A stretch of 64,000 bases of DNA, from positions 316,386,001 to 316,450,000 of the forward strand of contig OZ024742.1 in the NCBI GenBank assembly GCA_964016885.1, given 5' to 3'. Origin of the DNA: Eledone cirrhosa. Lineage: Eukaryota. Position numbers and translations under genes: made by a program. Of this stretch, positions 29,182 to 42,166 are shown piece by piece; positions within the stretch are counted from its first letter, which is position 1, and each line of letters opens with the position of its first letter. The notes under the pieces are model-generated. The model was not told where the DNA came from. It saw only the letters and a list, made by a program, of their open reading frames with translations, and made no database searches.

Positions 29182-30164
29182 ACATTATCATTGTTGTTGT
29201 TGTTGTCGATCTTATTATTGTTATTATTATTATTATTATTATTATGGTTATCTTTTTCTCGAGCAATGGCCATACTCGATAACGAGAGGGCAGCCATTAT
29301 CATGTCCGTACGTACGTATGCGTGTGCCTGTATGTATGTATATGTGCGCGTGTTTGCGTGTGTGGAGTTCAAACTTCAGACAGTCGACGTATCCTTTCAT
29401 TTCCATTCTGCTCGACATTTGTCATTTATATTGTTTCTTGTTACGTTCATATGAAACCGAATAATGTTTGACAAAAGGAAACTCGTGACTTGTCCAAAGA
29501 CACAATAAAACTCAACAAGGACGATGTATGAATTTCCAACTGACGTGCTTCGAATCTACTGGTATGTTACTAAATCGAACAAAATGATAAATATTCCAGA
29601 CGTATTGTATAGAAAAGTGATTTGTTCTCAAGTATGTAATTATTTCAAATGTCACACTGATGTCCGTTAAAATACACAGATTATACCGCCTATACAGAGT
29701 GCATTTGATGGAATATTGATAAATGTATATACCCCAATATATATAAATAACGTCTCAGAAATAAACGAACATTGGCAATTATAATCTTACTGTAATCCTT
29801 TCAACACCACAGATGCTGGTGTCATTTATAACTTTTTGTTTCAATGTAAATCTTGTTATTCCCCATTGTCATTATAGAATATAAAATCCTATCTTATGAT
29901 AGAGATAGATCTAGAATAAATAAGGTTTTCTATCTATCAGTCTGTCGCCAATTACTTAATAAGCTTCATTGGTTAAACTGTCTTATTGAATTTTAGCTGA
30001 CGTGAGCTTCACGAAATAAACAATTAGAATATGGTGGTTGCTGTCGTCCCACGACATGCTGCAAATAGTAGTTAATCTACTCTCAAATATCAGAGTCTGT
30101 TGTCTTGAGAATCTCGAAATTCATTGGATAATGCTTTCCTTGATACTCTATTCATATGGATACA

Positions 30165-30600
30165 GGAATGGCGGAGTGGTTAAAAAGCTCGCTTTCCAAT
30201 TACAAAGTTTCGGATTCAAACCCACTACATATCCTCTTGAGCTAGTATCTTGACCATAATCTCGGGTTGACTCAAGCTTTGTGAAGGAAAGTGGGTTGAT
30301 GGAAACTATATGGAAGCTGTAAGATGGATTTTTCCTGTCATTCAAAGGTGCAGCCTTGTCACATATTGAACCATGCTGATTGGCTTTGGGAATTAGGTTA
30401 AGGGTACACGTGTCTGTGGAATACTCTACCATTTACACATTCATTCACGATACGGATTTTCAATTGATCGAACACTGACAGCTCATCGTTGAAACCGACG
30501 GAGAGTCTATCAGCACTTTCCTTGCTGTCAGCAACATATTCAATTTGAAAGTGGCTTTTGAGATGATAACTGTTCAATACTTTGAACGGTAGAACTGACA
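30165..30600 (+). mobile_element. Third SINE-like family, old copy (related to 41236-41360)
   Basis: ggcggagtggttaaaaagctcgct...cgggttgactcaagctttgtg...gatggaaact resembles aagaagcttgcttcccaacc...cgggccgaccaaagtcctgtg...gaccgaaact. Confidence 0.55.
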
Positions 30601-31699
30601 ATGTCAACAACTGTACGTGTTTTTAACAATCAGAAACCAATAGTAGCCGTTGGCATGACGTGCTGAATGTACTACAAATTTATTAACGTTAATGCCAGTC
30701 ATGCGATAGACTCTTTCAAAGGAGACTCTATCAATGTAGTCTTTACGTGACCGTGCAATCTGCTACAATTAGCAGCCAAATATCTTTTAAATCACACCGA
30801 AGTAAAATAACACACATTAGATAGTGTAATACTGGATAGAATAAAGACAGCAACAATAATTCCAAGGTAGGTGTTGCCTATGGGAGGATTTTAAAAATTG
30901 TTATGAGACATCGCTGATTGTATTGTAGACCATATGTAAAGTAGTAACTTGTTTTATTTACCCATATTGCTTCTATTATTATAAAATAAGCCTCAATGAC
31001 ATGCTGCTGATTCCAGCAATAGGACGAGGAATTACACAACTGTGCCATCTACAGCATTTTACGGTTATTTTTAATATTCTAAACTGTTGAGTAAATATTT
31101 TCCACGTCATGTTTTACATTATGCCAGCCGTGTAATATAAAGTACAATAAATGTTTATTCTTCTTATTACTTCTTTAAGTACACAGCTACAAGTAAATTT
31201 CGAATACTTACCTTTGCAATAACTCCCATACTACTCTCTAATCGTTGGATTTCCAAAAATATTGATGATTTTTACCGAACCCCTAATTAGTAATCTCTAT
31301 AGCGGTAATAGTAATCAGTGTTACTAGTACCTCATCTATGATAATTTATAAAATACAATCTCCACCTTCTCTTTAATTAACTGAACCACAGTATGCTACT
31401 TATCTAAATACACACACACAAAAACAAAAACAAACAAACCAAAATATAATAGAAACAATGAAAAATATTCGGTCGTCAAGTATGAAATTTGTAGAAATTT
31501 GTTGTTCTTTTCTACACATTTCTACAAATTTTAAACTTGACGATTTAGTCATTGACCAGATCGTAGTCAGCGAAATTTACAATATATTTTACATCTCTTA
31601 AAGAGGTAGGTGAGATATCACAAATATAATTAAATAGAAAAATAATACTGGTATTAAAATTCTTTCTCTAGTTTAAATGTAAGCGTTATTACTATTAAG

Positions 31700-32330
31700 G
31701 GCGTTGGGTTGGCAATATCGGTAGGTGGTCGGATGCCATGCTTAGTAGCATAGAGTTACGGCCCTTTATGGTCCGAGCTCAAATCCCGCTAACGATAACT
31801 TTGCCTTTCATCATTAGGGGGTCGATAAAATAAAGTACCAGTAATGCACTGTGATAATTGCTGGCCTTGTGCCAAAAGTAGAAACAGTTATTACAATTAA
31901 TAACCTTTGGTTGTAATATATTTATAGGTTGACATATTTTATGAAAATTTACTGTATGGTACACGTATTAGCGGATAAAAAGTGTGTCTAAGACAAATTT
32001 GCATTCTGCAAATGTTTTATATATTGCTGCAACAACTTAGGGCCGTACAGATTAATCGATAGGTGATCAACATCGGCTATATCGGTGATTTTGCTGATTA
32101 ATCAGTCATGATAATCAGCTAATGTTATTTTTTAATATTATTATTAATAGTGGCGGTAGATTGGCAGTATCGGTAGAGCGTCAGACACCATGCTTTACAG
32201 CATAGTGTTATGGCCCATTACGTTCTGAGTTCAAATCCCGCCGAGGTTAACTTTGCCTTTCGTCATTAGGGGGTCGATAAAATAAAGTACCAGTAATGCA
32301 CCTTGTGCCAAAAGTAGAAACAATTATTAT
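31700..32330 (+). mobile_element. Two SINE copies (31700-31892, 32150-32330)
   Basis: Match to the SINE consensus. Confidence 0.85.
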
Positions 32331-32354
32331 TGATAGTGCTGGATACTGGTTTCC

Positions 32355-32590
32355 TGAGGGTAAATCTAACCGAGCCCCACTCACACGTGAAGCCCTGGCC
32401 TGGAACCCGCAGGGTAAGAGGAAGAGAGGCCGACCCCGCGGCAGCTGGAGGCGTGATACTGAGGCTGAATTAAGAATGCTAGAAGCCAACTAGAGTGGAG
32501 TGGCGAGAGGAGCCCAGGATTGTGTATTATGGTAGAGGGTCATCAGTGGCCTATTCTCTACAGAGAGTGATGGGGATGAATGAATGAATT
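32355..32590 (+). mobile_element. RTE-type LINE 3' end
   Basis: REALAWNPQGKRKRGRPRGSWRRDTEAEL, then a (TGAA)n tail. Confidence 0.85.
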
Positions 32591-33272
32591 ATTGATACGC
32601 GTGTAAGCTGACTCAAAAAGATTATTTGTGACAGATATATCCGGAAAATATATTCTGTTGTTCAGTGCTTCAAGACACTTAACTGCAAAACCGAAAATTA
32701 CCTGGGATTGCCCAATGGGTGTAACTTCCGTAGGTTAAAGTATGTTAAAATAGAAGAGGGACTCTTATACTGAGAGTGATTCGTGGATCTTTTGAAAGGA
32801 AATTTCAGAATTATAAAGATTCTGATTACATGATTATTTAAAGGCAATCAAAACCTCTCCAATAATAACGATTCTTGTTACATTCACATACCGAAGCAAA
32901 ACATAAAATTGGATGATCAGCTTTAAGAACTTGTAAATTATAATGAAACAACATCAAAGTTTCTCCAAGTTCAGAGCAAAGTCGATTTTTGCAGGGTCAT
33001 ATATGTTATCGCCTAGGGTTAATAGCAACCTGATGTTGTCATCAGCTGCTTTTATATAGTAACCCATAATTGCAATGATATATTACAATTAATGCATTTT
33101 CATAACACAATACATGATAAATCGGCAATCGGTAATCTGACAATTGGGTTATCGGTGCATCCTTAGTTAAAAGTATATTATATCCGCTAAAGCTTAAACA
33201 TTATAATAACATTTAATGTCTAAATGTCATGATCACACACAGACACACACTTGTGTGTGTATATATATATAT

Positions 33273-33697
33273 AATATAAGATCAAAAGATGGTTAAAAGA
33301 GTTCCATGTATTTTATTATGCGCATTTCAAAAACAAATATCATCATGCGATGACATTTGCGTTTTCGTCAGATAAAATAGGGAGACATGATATGAAGGTT
33401 AAAAAAGACTTGTGAATAGTGCAGTCTTAAATCAACATATATGTTGATTTAAAACTGCACTATTCACAAGTGTTTTTTAACTTTCATATCATGTCTCCCT
33501 ATTTTATCTGACGAAAACGCAAATGTCATCGCATGATGATATTTGTTTTTGAAATGCGCATAATAAAATACATGTAACTCTTTTAACCATCTTTTGATCT
33601 TATATTATTTATATCCCAGTCCTACAAACTGTAGAGTGCTACTTATCCGATATCTGCATTGCTTTATTGTACTACAATAAAACTCACCTCCTACATT
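33273..33697. mobile_element. PLE 3'-end island: ~165-bp-arm inverted repeat with two hammerheads (33309-33379 minus, 33500-33570 plus)
   Basis: tattttat-CTGACGA-...-GAAA-tgcgca-TA-ataaaata on both arms. The tail is on the plus arm only. Confidence 0.88.
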
Positions 33698-34244
33698 ATA
33701 TAATATATAATATATATATATATATATATATGCATCGACAAACACACGCACAGTCACAGTATTTATATTAATATAATGACTTAATTCCGCATTACAAGTT
33801 GTTTCAATGTGTTTTGGAGAACATTAAAACAAAATGGAGAATTAATTTTGAGGCCATGCTGTTAAAAGCTTTCATTAGTTGGTTCAGATGGTGGTATTGA
33901 TATCTCTGTAACAACACGTTGTCGTTTTCGTCATAGTGACACCTTTGACATTTTAGAATCTAGCGACATAAGTTGTGTATTCTTGTCGCTGGCGAGCTGG
34001 ATATTTTTATTGATGTATTCCATGATCATTATATATGCACGTGTGTGCCTATGGTAGTCAGTTTTATAATCAATTAATAGATATCTGAATATAAATAAAT
34101 AACCGTACTTAACTCAATCTCCTAGCTCCATCAAGTTCTACTGTAACTTAATACAACAGTGGGTGGAACTGATAACTAGTTCATCTAAACGAGATTCATC
34201 GACAAAGAAGCAGGAAAGTGCAGGGTATTGCTATAATTAACCTT

Positions 34245-34405
34245 GCGGTTGGCAGTATCGGTAGAAGTTTTGCGGCCGTTTACAGTCTGAGTTCAAATCT
34301 CACTGAGGTTAATTTTGCCTTTCATGCTTACGGGATTGATCAAATAAAGCACCAGTAATGCATCGGGATAATTGCTGGCCTTGTGCCAAAAGTAAAAACT
34401 AATTA
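34245..34405 (+). mobile_element. SINE, diverged
   Basis: Match to the SINE consensus. Confidence 0.8.
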
Positions 34406-35080
34406 CAGACGAAGTGTATCAGGCGACAAGAAACGCTTTTGAGAATTGAGAATAAAGTGAAACAAGCAGGTCTTCAATGCAATGTCAAAGGACAAAAATT
34501 TAAATTTTCAATCGGCAGATGCTAGTATTTATCAAAGAGAAGCACGGGGAAGTTTTGAATGTGGTAAACAATTTAAATACATGAGAGGATTGTATAGTCA
34601 GAGAGTTCAGAAAATAACATAGAGGTCAGGAAAGCATTAGCACAGAGTGCTTGCAAGAAGATAAAGAAAATGTGGACCCAGAGCTATGAAAGAAAATCAA
34701 AATAAGAATGTTCATCGCAACGGTAACATCAGTCTTCTTATACAGATCAGTAACTTGGGTAACCAAAACAACTGGATATGAACTACATACTATACAACAA
34801 ATATGTATATAGCAACAAGCTGAAGCTCAGGAAGCCAACTGAAGGAAGAGCATACCGAGGCAGTAGGTACGTCAGCTATATCAACACACTACGAAGAAAC
34901 ACATGAGCGGCCAATACACAAGGGTGGAGGACATACTTTTGATACACAGAGAGGGGCGGAGGAAGCGCATGAATTATTTGAGGTGTCATAGAGGACGGTT
35001 AAATTGAATTGAAATTGATTGATCTGCTTTTATGATAGTTATTGACTCACACGTTTGATGAAGACTACAATTTGTATATA

Positions 35081-35452
35081 CCTTATATCCCGGCGCCGAA
35101 GACACTTTGTTCTCGAGGACGCAACCTAATTTTGACAACCAAATATTTGGAAAAACAAAAATAATAATAATTGTTTCTACTTTTGGCACAAGAGCAGCAA
35201 TTATAGCAGTGCATTACTGGTATTTTATTTCATCGACTCCGTAGGATGGAAGGCAAAGTTAACCTCGGCGGGATTTGAACTCGGATTATAAAGGGCCGTA
35301 ACTCCCTGCTGCAAAGCATGTCGTCCAACCTTCTACCGATACTGCCAATCCAAATAAACATAAAAATGCAACATTCGACCTCCAGGACGCATGGTAGGTT
35401 TTTGAGACTTATTTTAGGAAAAGAATAGCGTCTTCGACACTGAGAAATACGG
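35081..35452. mobile_element. Tc1/pogo-type MITE with a nested minus-strand SINE (35165-35352)
   Basis: Imperfect TIRs TA-ccttatatcccggcgccgaagacac and gcgtcttcgacactgagaaatacgg-TA. Confidence 0.65.
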
Positions 35453-36329
35453 TATGTAGCTTTCTACTAACTGAAAATCAACACAGGATTATTTGATTAT
35501 TGAGCATGGTTTGGCTGAGAAACAGGTATTCATATATTCTGTCAATAGATAAAAACTTTTATGACATAATTTATCATATTCTATTCACATATTTTGTTTT
35601 TTAGGATTCATACCCCAATATATATACTAACACAATAATGAATCTATACTCATGAATATTCAAACTCATTCAGTAGATCGCTCGTACTAACTGACCTCAT
35701 ACTTCTTCAGTAAATCATGTTTAGTTATTTTCTTCGATAAATAGATTATTTCCTTCGATAACAGTGTCAAATATTGATTAATAATGACGAATTCGGAATA
35801 TGTACTGCAGTCGTTCAACTAAAACGTATAAATATATCGTGACTATACATCAAATTCTTCACGAGTGACAGCCATCCGTTTGAGAAAGATTCTGGAGAAA
35901 AATAATAGACTGTTTCATTGCGAAGTAGGAAGAAGGCAAGATGATTATAGCGAGAATAATCGAGACGAGGGACCATGAAAACTGGTCTTGTTTCTTGTAA
36001 ATTCATTTGAGTATTGTCTGGGCCATAATGGTATGTAGAATATATAATGAATAAATAAAAATAAATAAATCTAATTTAAGAAAAATAATAAGTTACTGGT
36101 AATTTGATGAAATAGAACTCTAACGAATATTATATTTGAAGACAGTGAGGAAGTAGTGACAAGAGTGAATGTATGTTAGTGCGGAATTTAGAGTGATGGT
36201 ACGAATCAATAAATTGAGGAAAAGGGTAAATTCGCAGACACACACATATATGATAAAGTTATATCTGTAAAAATACACAGTGTGTAACCGAGACTGCATC
36301 AACATGTATATATATATATATATTTATAA

Positions 36330-36640
36330 AATGGACTCTGGATTCGTAAGTTCCTCAGATACATCTAGTGATTTCGAAGCAAATTCTCTTTGAGAAAGAG
36401 AATTTGCTTCGAAATCACTAGACGTATCTGAGGAACTTGCGAATCCAGAGTCAGGTTCGATCTACAAACAGATCGCACCTCGAGCTGTTCGCCGGAGAAA
36501 CAATTGTAATACGTAATAAATTGAGTTCCGTTGCATCACTGATTATTCGTTTTCCATTTTCTTATACTCTGCTCCGTAGGAGCATAGAGTGCTCAACCGG
36601 CATACCGCCTATGGATGCATCCTAGAAACCATACGGCATA
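36330..36640 (+). mobile_element. PLE 3'-end island with fold-back and hammerhead (36422-36514)
   Basis: acgtat-CTGAGGA-[62-nt structured stem II]-GAAA-caattg-TA-atacgt; inverted arms ~36336-36391 and 36396-36452. Confidence 0.8.
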
Positions 36641-36650
36641 TATATATATA

Positions 36651-37120
36651 AAAGACGTAAAATAAGAAAATTATAGTAATTAACTTACTTACTTAAATTC
36701 ATAGTATTAGTTTGGCTACTGTCTTTTTAACATCCCACTCCTCACTGATTAACCTCGATGTCACGTGATTGATTCTTTTGAATTTGCCACTGACCAGGAA
36801 GGCAGTGAAATTTTCAATGTCTTGGAATTTAGTCCGCGCTTGCATTTTTCCATCCACTGAATTATTTTTGTATAAGTTCCCTGTGTTCGCGTATTGCCAG
36901 GAATCTTAGCCGAGAATGTCTCCCTGATGAAGAAAGGATTCTCCATGGTCTCCATTTGAAGACTATGTATATCCCCTTTCAGAAACTAATTAGTTGGAGT
37001 GAAATTTAAGTAAGTAAGTTAATTACTATAATTTTCTTATTTTACGTTTTTTATATAATTGTTCTATCTCTTTGTATTGAACCACAAAGTTACTAAGACA
37101 AAACCTATATCTTTGCTAGC
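36651..37120 (+). mobile_element. PLE 3'-end island with hammerhead (36920-36999) and a 50-bp inverted arm
   Basis: ctcc-CTGATGA-[agaaagg..catggtct..agactatg..cctttca]-GAAA-ctaattag-TT-ggag; 36651-36700 is inverted against 37001-37052. Confidence 0.8.
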
Positions 37121-37499
37121 GTAAGTATACATCTGTATAAATATGTTGGTAGATATTATCTCGAAAATTAAGGACATTTAAATAAATCTAAGGTAAAAGA
37201 CTAATTGTCAACAATATCTTTTGGATTTGCATTTTTTATTCTATGTCCATACCTGCATTGTTTTGGCTTTACAAATTCAAACGTTTATACCTCATTACAC
37301 AATGCTTCAAGTGAACTATAACTTCCTCCATATATATGTATGTATACACATATCTAATATGCCATGTGAAAAAGCCAGAAAATACGAATTTCCATGTAAA
37401 TTGAAAAAAAAAAGGATATAATTCTTTTAAATGTACACATTAGTAGTGTATTGTAGAATCTTAACAACTGCTAAATGGGGTATGGTTCATATTACGTGG

Positions 37500-38110
37500 T
37501 ATTTCCACAGCTATAGTAAACGTTTTGGAGTTGATTGCATAGGCTTCAATATTGGTGTTGATACAGTATTCGTTCCAGAGAATAGAACGCAATTATATAA
37601 GTTTCTCTTGAAAATGGTTCTTTCGATAAAAATGTTCTTTGCTTTCATTCTCCAATATACAACAAATCTGTGTGTTGTTATGATTCATGAGGATTCATTG
37701 TTGATTTCATTTTCTAAAGCAGGGTTTCTTACACAATGTCACCAATCTCCTCCCCTCAAGAATAATGATGTAGAATTTCTGAAAATATTTTAGAAAAATG
37801 TTATCAAAGATCAAGGTTGTGTGCTGTATTGCATATCATTTGGACATTATGATGTCCAAATGACCGATTATGTGACTATATTTGTTAATAGTTTATTTGG
37901 TTTTTTGTTAATCCATCTGGATGGTTTACATTGGAGAATAATATCTACTTCAAATAAAGCCTATCCTGACATCAACTGGATAGAGAGTCATATTGAGATG
38001 CCAATAAATGTTTTCATGTTTTCTTATTATTTCTAGCGACGTTATTGATACATTTGAAGTTCAATGATCTCTTGTGTGTAATATTTCCAAAGATTTAAAC
38101 ACATTCCCCT
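37500..38110 (-). pseudogene. Possible piggyBac transposase fossil
   Basis: Minus-strand ENMKTFIGISI and LIFDNIF resemble the piggyBac EMKAFIGLLI and FDNFFTS motifs, in the expected order. Confidence 0.4.
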
Positions 38111-38302
38111 TCCACGGTGATTTTAAATTCATATATAACCTACAATAATTCCTGTACAATTCATTTTATACAGTGATGTAGTGAATACTAGCTGCTAGTC
38201 TTAAATTCATATATAATTACCCTTCCACGATGTCTTGAATTCATATATAATCTACAATCATTCATTTATAATACATTTTATACAGTAATGTAGTGAATGT
38301 TA
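38106..38302 (+). repeat. Tandem duplication, period ~114 bp
   Basis: cccttccacg...aattcatatataa.ctacaat...cattttatacagt.atgtagtgaat occurs twice. Confidence 0.85.
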
Positions 38303-39577
38303 ACTGTTGATGGTTTAGTAATTAGTGGTTTGTTATTCATTTTATATAGATAGATGTGAATTTTACGTGATGATGATATGGAAATCGGTGGTTTACTGAC
38401 ATTTTCATTTTGTGGCATTTTGTTCTATTTTGTGGCAGAGTTTAACTGGATTTGGTCCCAAATTTAGCCGATAAGATTTTCGCAGGCTTGTGATAGCATA
38501 TGTCAATATGTTTATGGTTCACAAATTTAATGCTGGGATCATAAAACCTATTGTATATTAGTACACAGGGAATCATTAGTACTTTGAGCCAAATGCTTAG
38601 CAGAACTTAGTTAATTTTTATGTTCTGAGTTAAAATCCTGACAAGGCAATCGTTGTCATTTCCCTTACCGAAGATAGTAAAATAAAGTACTAGTGAAGTA
38701 CTGGGCTGTGTTTTTCTCCTCCCAAATTGCTTGAGTTGTGCCTAAATTAGAAATCATAATCAGTGTCAACCATGATCATTGCAAAGAAATTGTTCGAGAT
38801 GAAATCTATTTTATATAATCATGATCTAAATAAAAGGTACTCAACGGGGGATGGGGGGGGGGGGGGGGGGGCATATGCCCTCCTGGGGTGGCTTCGGAGC
38901 TCCAGGGGGGGCGTTTTGAAGCAAGGGGTTGTTAGGGGGGCGTTTGAAGCTTTGGGGGCGCTAGAGGGCGCTATAAACCCCTTTAGTTTGGTAAGTTTTA
39001 TAAGTCATATTTGTACGTCTCTTAGACAGCCAGTGTGAATGCATTTGAATGAAGAAAACGAAGAAAATAAATAAAAGAAGCTTGTCAACGAATTCCCTAG
39101 GGAGATAAAAGAAAAACAAAAGAAATCAAAGAAAATGAACATAACGATGTCAACTTTGACAACAGTTACAAGAACAACTTCAACAGAAATGACAACAAAA
39201 AGAAGCAATGGTGATGAAAGGTGTGGGTGTATACATATACATACATACGAACATACACACACACGCATACGTACATACAATCATACATACATACAAACAT
39301 ACACACACATGCATACGTACATACATACATACATACAAACACACATACACACACAGGCCTGCGTTAGTGTTTGATGAGGTTGAGAACCTGGTTAGCTTTC
39401 AGCCAGAGCTGTGGTATTTAATCTCCCTAGCTAATAAAATCTGGAGGCAAAACTATCTCCTTACGAAAAAATAAAAAACACATAAATCATGTCAACAAGT
39501 CAATACACTTAAATATAAATGCATGTATATATACAAATGCATAAATGCATAGCTACATACATACGTAAATGTATGTA

Positions 39578-39614
<37 letters not shown>

Positions 39615-39618
<4 letters not shown>

Positions 39619-40420
39619 AAAAATTGAACAGGGACAGAACAGAGAGGCAGTACGACAAATGTTTATTAGCTTCACGCTCAGGAGAGTGGGGGGTAGGTGG
39701 AGGACGACGTTTCGGGCATAAGCCCTTCTTCGGGTAAGAGTTCAAAAGGTGTGTAGGGGAGTGGTGGAGAGACATATAGCGAAAGGAAACGGTGCGAATG
39801 AAAAATTAACAAATAAAGACAAAATTATAATAAATAATAAATAAAAATAAAGCATGATCAAAATACAAGGAATGAGAACATTTAAAAATAAAGGCATGAT
39901 CAAAATAAACTGAAATTAAAAGGGGGGTAAACAGGTGGTGGAAGGGTGTGGGGTGAGTAGAGGTGGAGGCGGGTGGAGTGGGGAGAGGGAGACGGGGTGT
40001 CCGAGCGGGGAGGGCTGAAGGTGGTGTGTGTGGTTAGGTGTGCGTGTGTGTGTGTGTGTGTGTATGTGAAAGTGAGGGTTGGGGGAAGAACGGGGTTGCA
40101 TGTTCAGGAAGGTGTGTGTGGGGGGTGTTTTTGTGTGTCGGAGGGTCTGTGCGTGTGTGGATAGGGGGTGGGGGGAGAGGAATCAGGGGGCTGAGGGTGT
40201 AAATATGTGGTGGGAAGCACGTGTGTGTGGTTTAAGCGTGTTGTGGGTGTGGGTGGCGTGTGGATAAAAAAATTTGTTTTGGGATGTGTGTGTGGGTGAG
40301 TTATATAGGTGATGGTGTTAGAGGATGGTTGAAAAGTGGTAAGTTACACGGATGTATGGAGATTTTGGTTGGAAGTCAAAACGCATGTGGGTAATCCAAG
40401 AAGCGGTGGTCGGAATATAT
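39615..40420 (-). mobile_element. PLE-type 3' end with hammerhead-like core (39703-39733)
   Basis: Minus strand CCGAAGA-a gggc ttat gccc-GAAA-cgtcg-TC; stem I does not pair. Tail tgaacaggga...acagagaggcagtac recurs at 61945-62000. The 5' boundary is uncertain. Confidence 0.55.
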
Positions 40421-40893
40421 GTATATATAAATCTACATACATACGTATATATGTATGTAGATTTATATATACATATAAACATACATACATTTACGTATGT
40501 ATATAGCTATCAATTTATATATTTGTATATATATATATCCTTTGGTGACCATCCGAGATTTGACTACTGTGATTTACCGATTAATTGGTGAAATATATTT
40601 TTTATTTAAAGAAATATATAAAAAGGAGATTAATCATTATAAAAGGTATCTATATTTGAAGTTCTAGTTAAACTTTAATTAGTTACCTACCTAGCAATGT
40701 TTGCTTACACACTTTACAAATTATTCCCTGTGATTGTTTCATGTATTTATTTTATATATATATATATATATCAATCTATTTCTAGTTGATATATATATAT
40801 ATATATATATATACATGCATTTATATTTAAGTGTGTAAGGATATATATATATATATATGTGTGTATGTGTGTATGTGTGTATGTGTGTGTGTG

Positions 40894-40928
<35 letters not shown>

Positions 40929-41619
40929 GCACACACAAACACACACACACATATATATATATACTTTCTTTTTTCAATCTGGTCTACGTCTGGTGGTAGA
41001 GTCCATACCGTAGATAGAACTCAATGTAATCTTCTAAAATCCAAAGAGAAGTTCTCTGTTTCGCTGAATTAATTCTTTAGATACAGAGTCAGGTATTAGG
41101 TATTAAATTAACAATACAAATAAAAACAACAAAATAAAAACAAAGTTATAAAGTAACATGACTTTGTTCTTTTTATTTTCATTGTTAATTTGATAACCCC
41201 CCCCCCCCCCACACATATATATATATATATATATGCGCAGTGTGACAAGAAGCTTGCTTCCCAACCACATATTTCCGGGTTCAGTCCCACTGCCCGGGCC
41301 GACCAAAGTCCTGTGTGTGGATTTGATAGACCGAAACTAAAAGAAGCCCATCGTATATATGTATATATGTCTGTCTGTTTCTTTGCGTTTATGTTTGCCC
41401 TCACACCAATGCTTGTTGGTTTGTTGACGTCCCCTTAAATTACCAAGGTGATGCTCCAGCATAGGCGTAGTCCAGAGACAGAAAAAAAGTAAAGTATATA
41501 TGTGTGTGTATATGTAGAAGAGGGGTCTCAAACTCAAGGACACAAAAGAGCCATTACGTCCTGGAGGAGAGGCACAGTGGGCCAAACGTGGTGGTGGGTG
41601 ATGATTTTCGCCAATTATA

Positions 41620-41835
41620 ATCATTTCTACTATAGGAACAGGGCATGAAATTTGGGGTTTAGGGTTCAGTCGATTACATCGATCCTAGTACATAACTGGT
41701 ACTTAATTCATCGACCCCAAAAGGATGAAAGGCAAAGTTCAGATCGGCGTAATTTGAACTAAGAACGTAAAGACGGAAGAAGTACCGTTAAGCATTTCGC
41801 CAGATGTGCTAACGATTTCACCAGCTCACCGCCTT
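41620..41835 (-). mobile_element. SINE, older subfamily
   Basis: tcgaccccaaaaggatgaaaggcaaagt...atttgaact. Confidence 0.8.
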
Positions 41836-42166
41836 ATTTTCACCAGGTATAATGCAATATGAAATATTGGTTCTACCACGGGCCACAGAATAGTAGTTCG
41901 CGGGCCGCATGTTTGAACCCCCTGTTTGAGATAGATAGATACATAGATATATTTCTTTATTTACCATAAAGGCATAAAATGAAGGGACAAATACAAAGGG
42001 GGAGTTTACATACAATCGAGTAAAAAGGGTATAAAATGAAAATAATCGAAAATAACCTCAAAAGGGAGGGGACGTGATGGGGGTTGCACCCCCCCCCGAA
42101 AAAGTGTGCAATCCTTTGCCCGGGGAGCACATGGAGAAGGTGCTCCCCTCTCCTTTACTTCTTTAC

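Noticed and set aside
31202-31290. Possible minus-strand exon with AG and GTAAGT borders
   Set aside because: Stops occur in all three frames and I found no partner exons.
31473-31543. Isolated ~27-bp-arm hairpin
   Set aside because: No ribozyme core, no (TA)n flanks and no second copy, so no function can be supported.
32039-33165. Possible hAT MITE ends (tagggccgtacagat / atcggtgcatcctta)
   Set aside because: The TIR match is poor and there is no target-site duplication.
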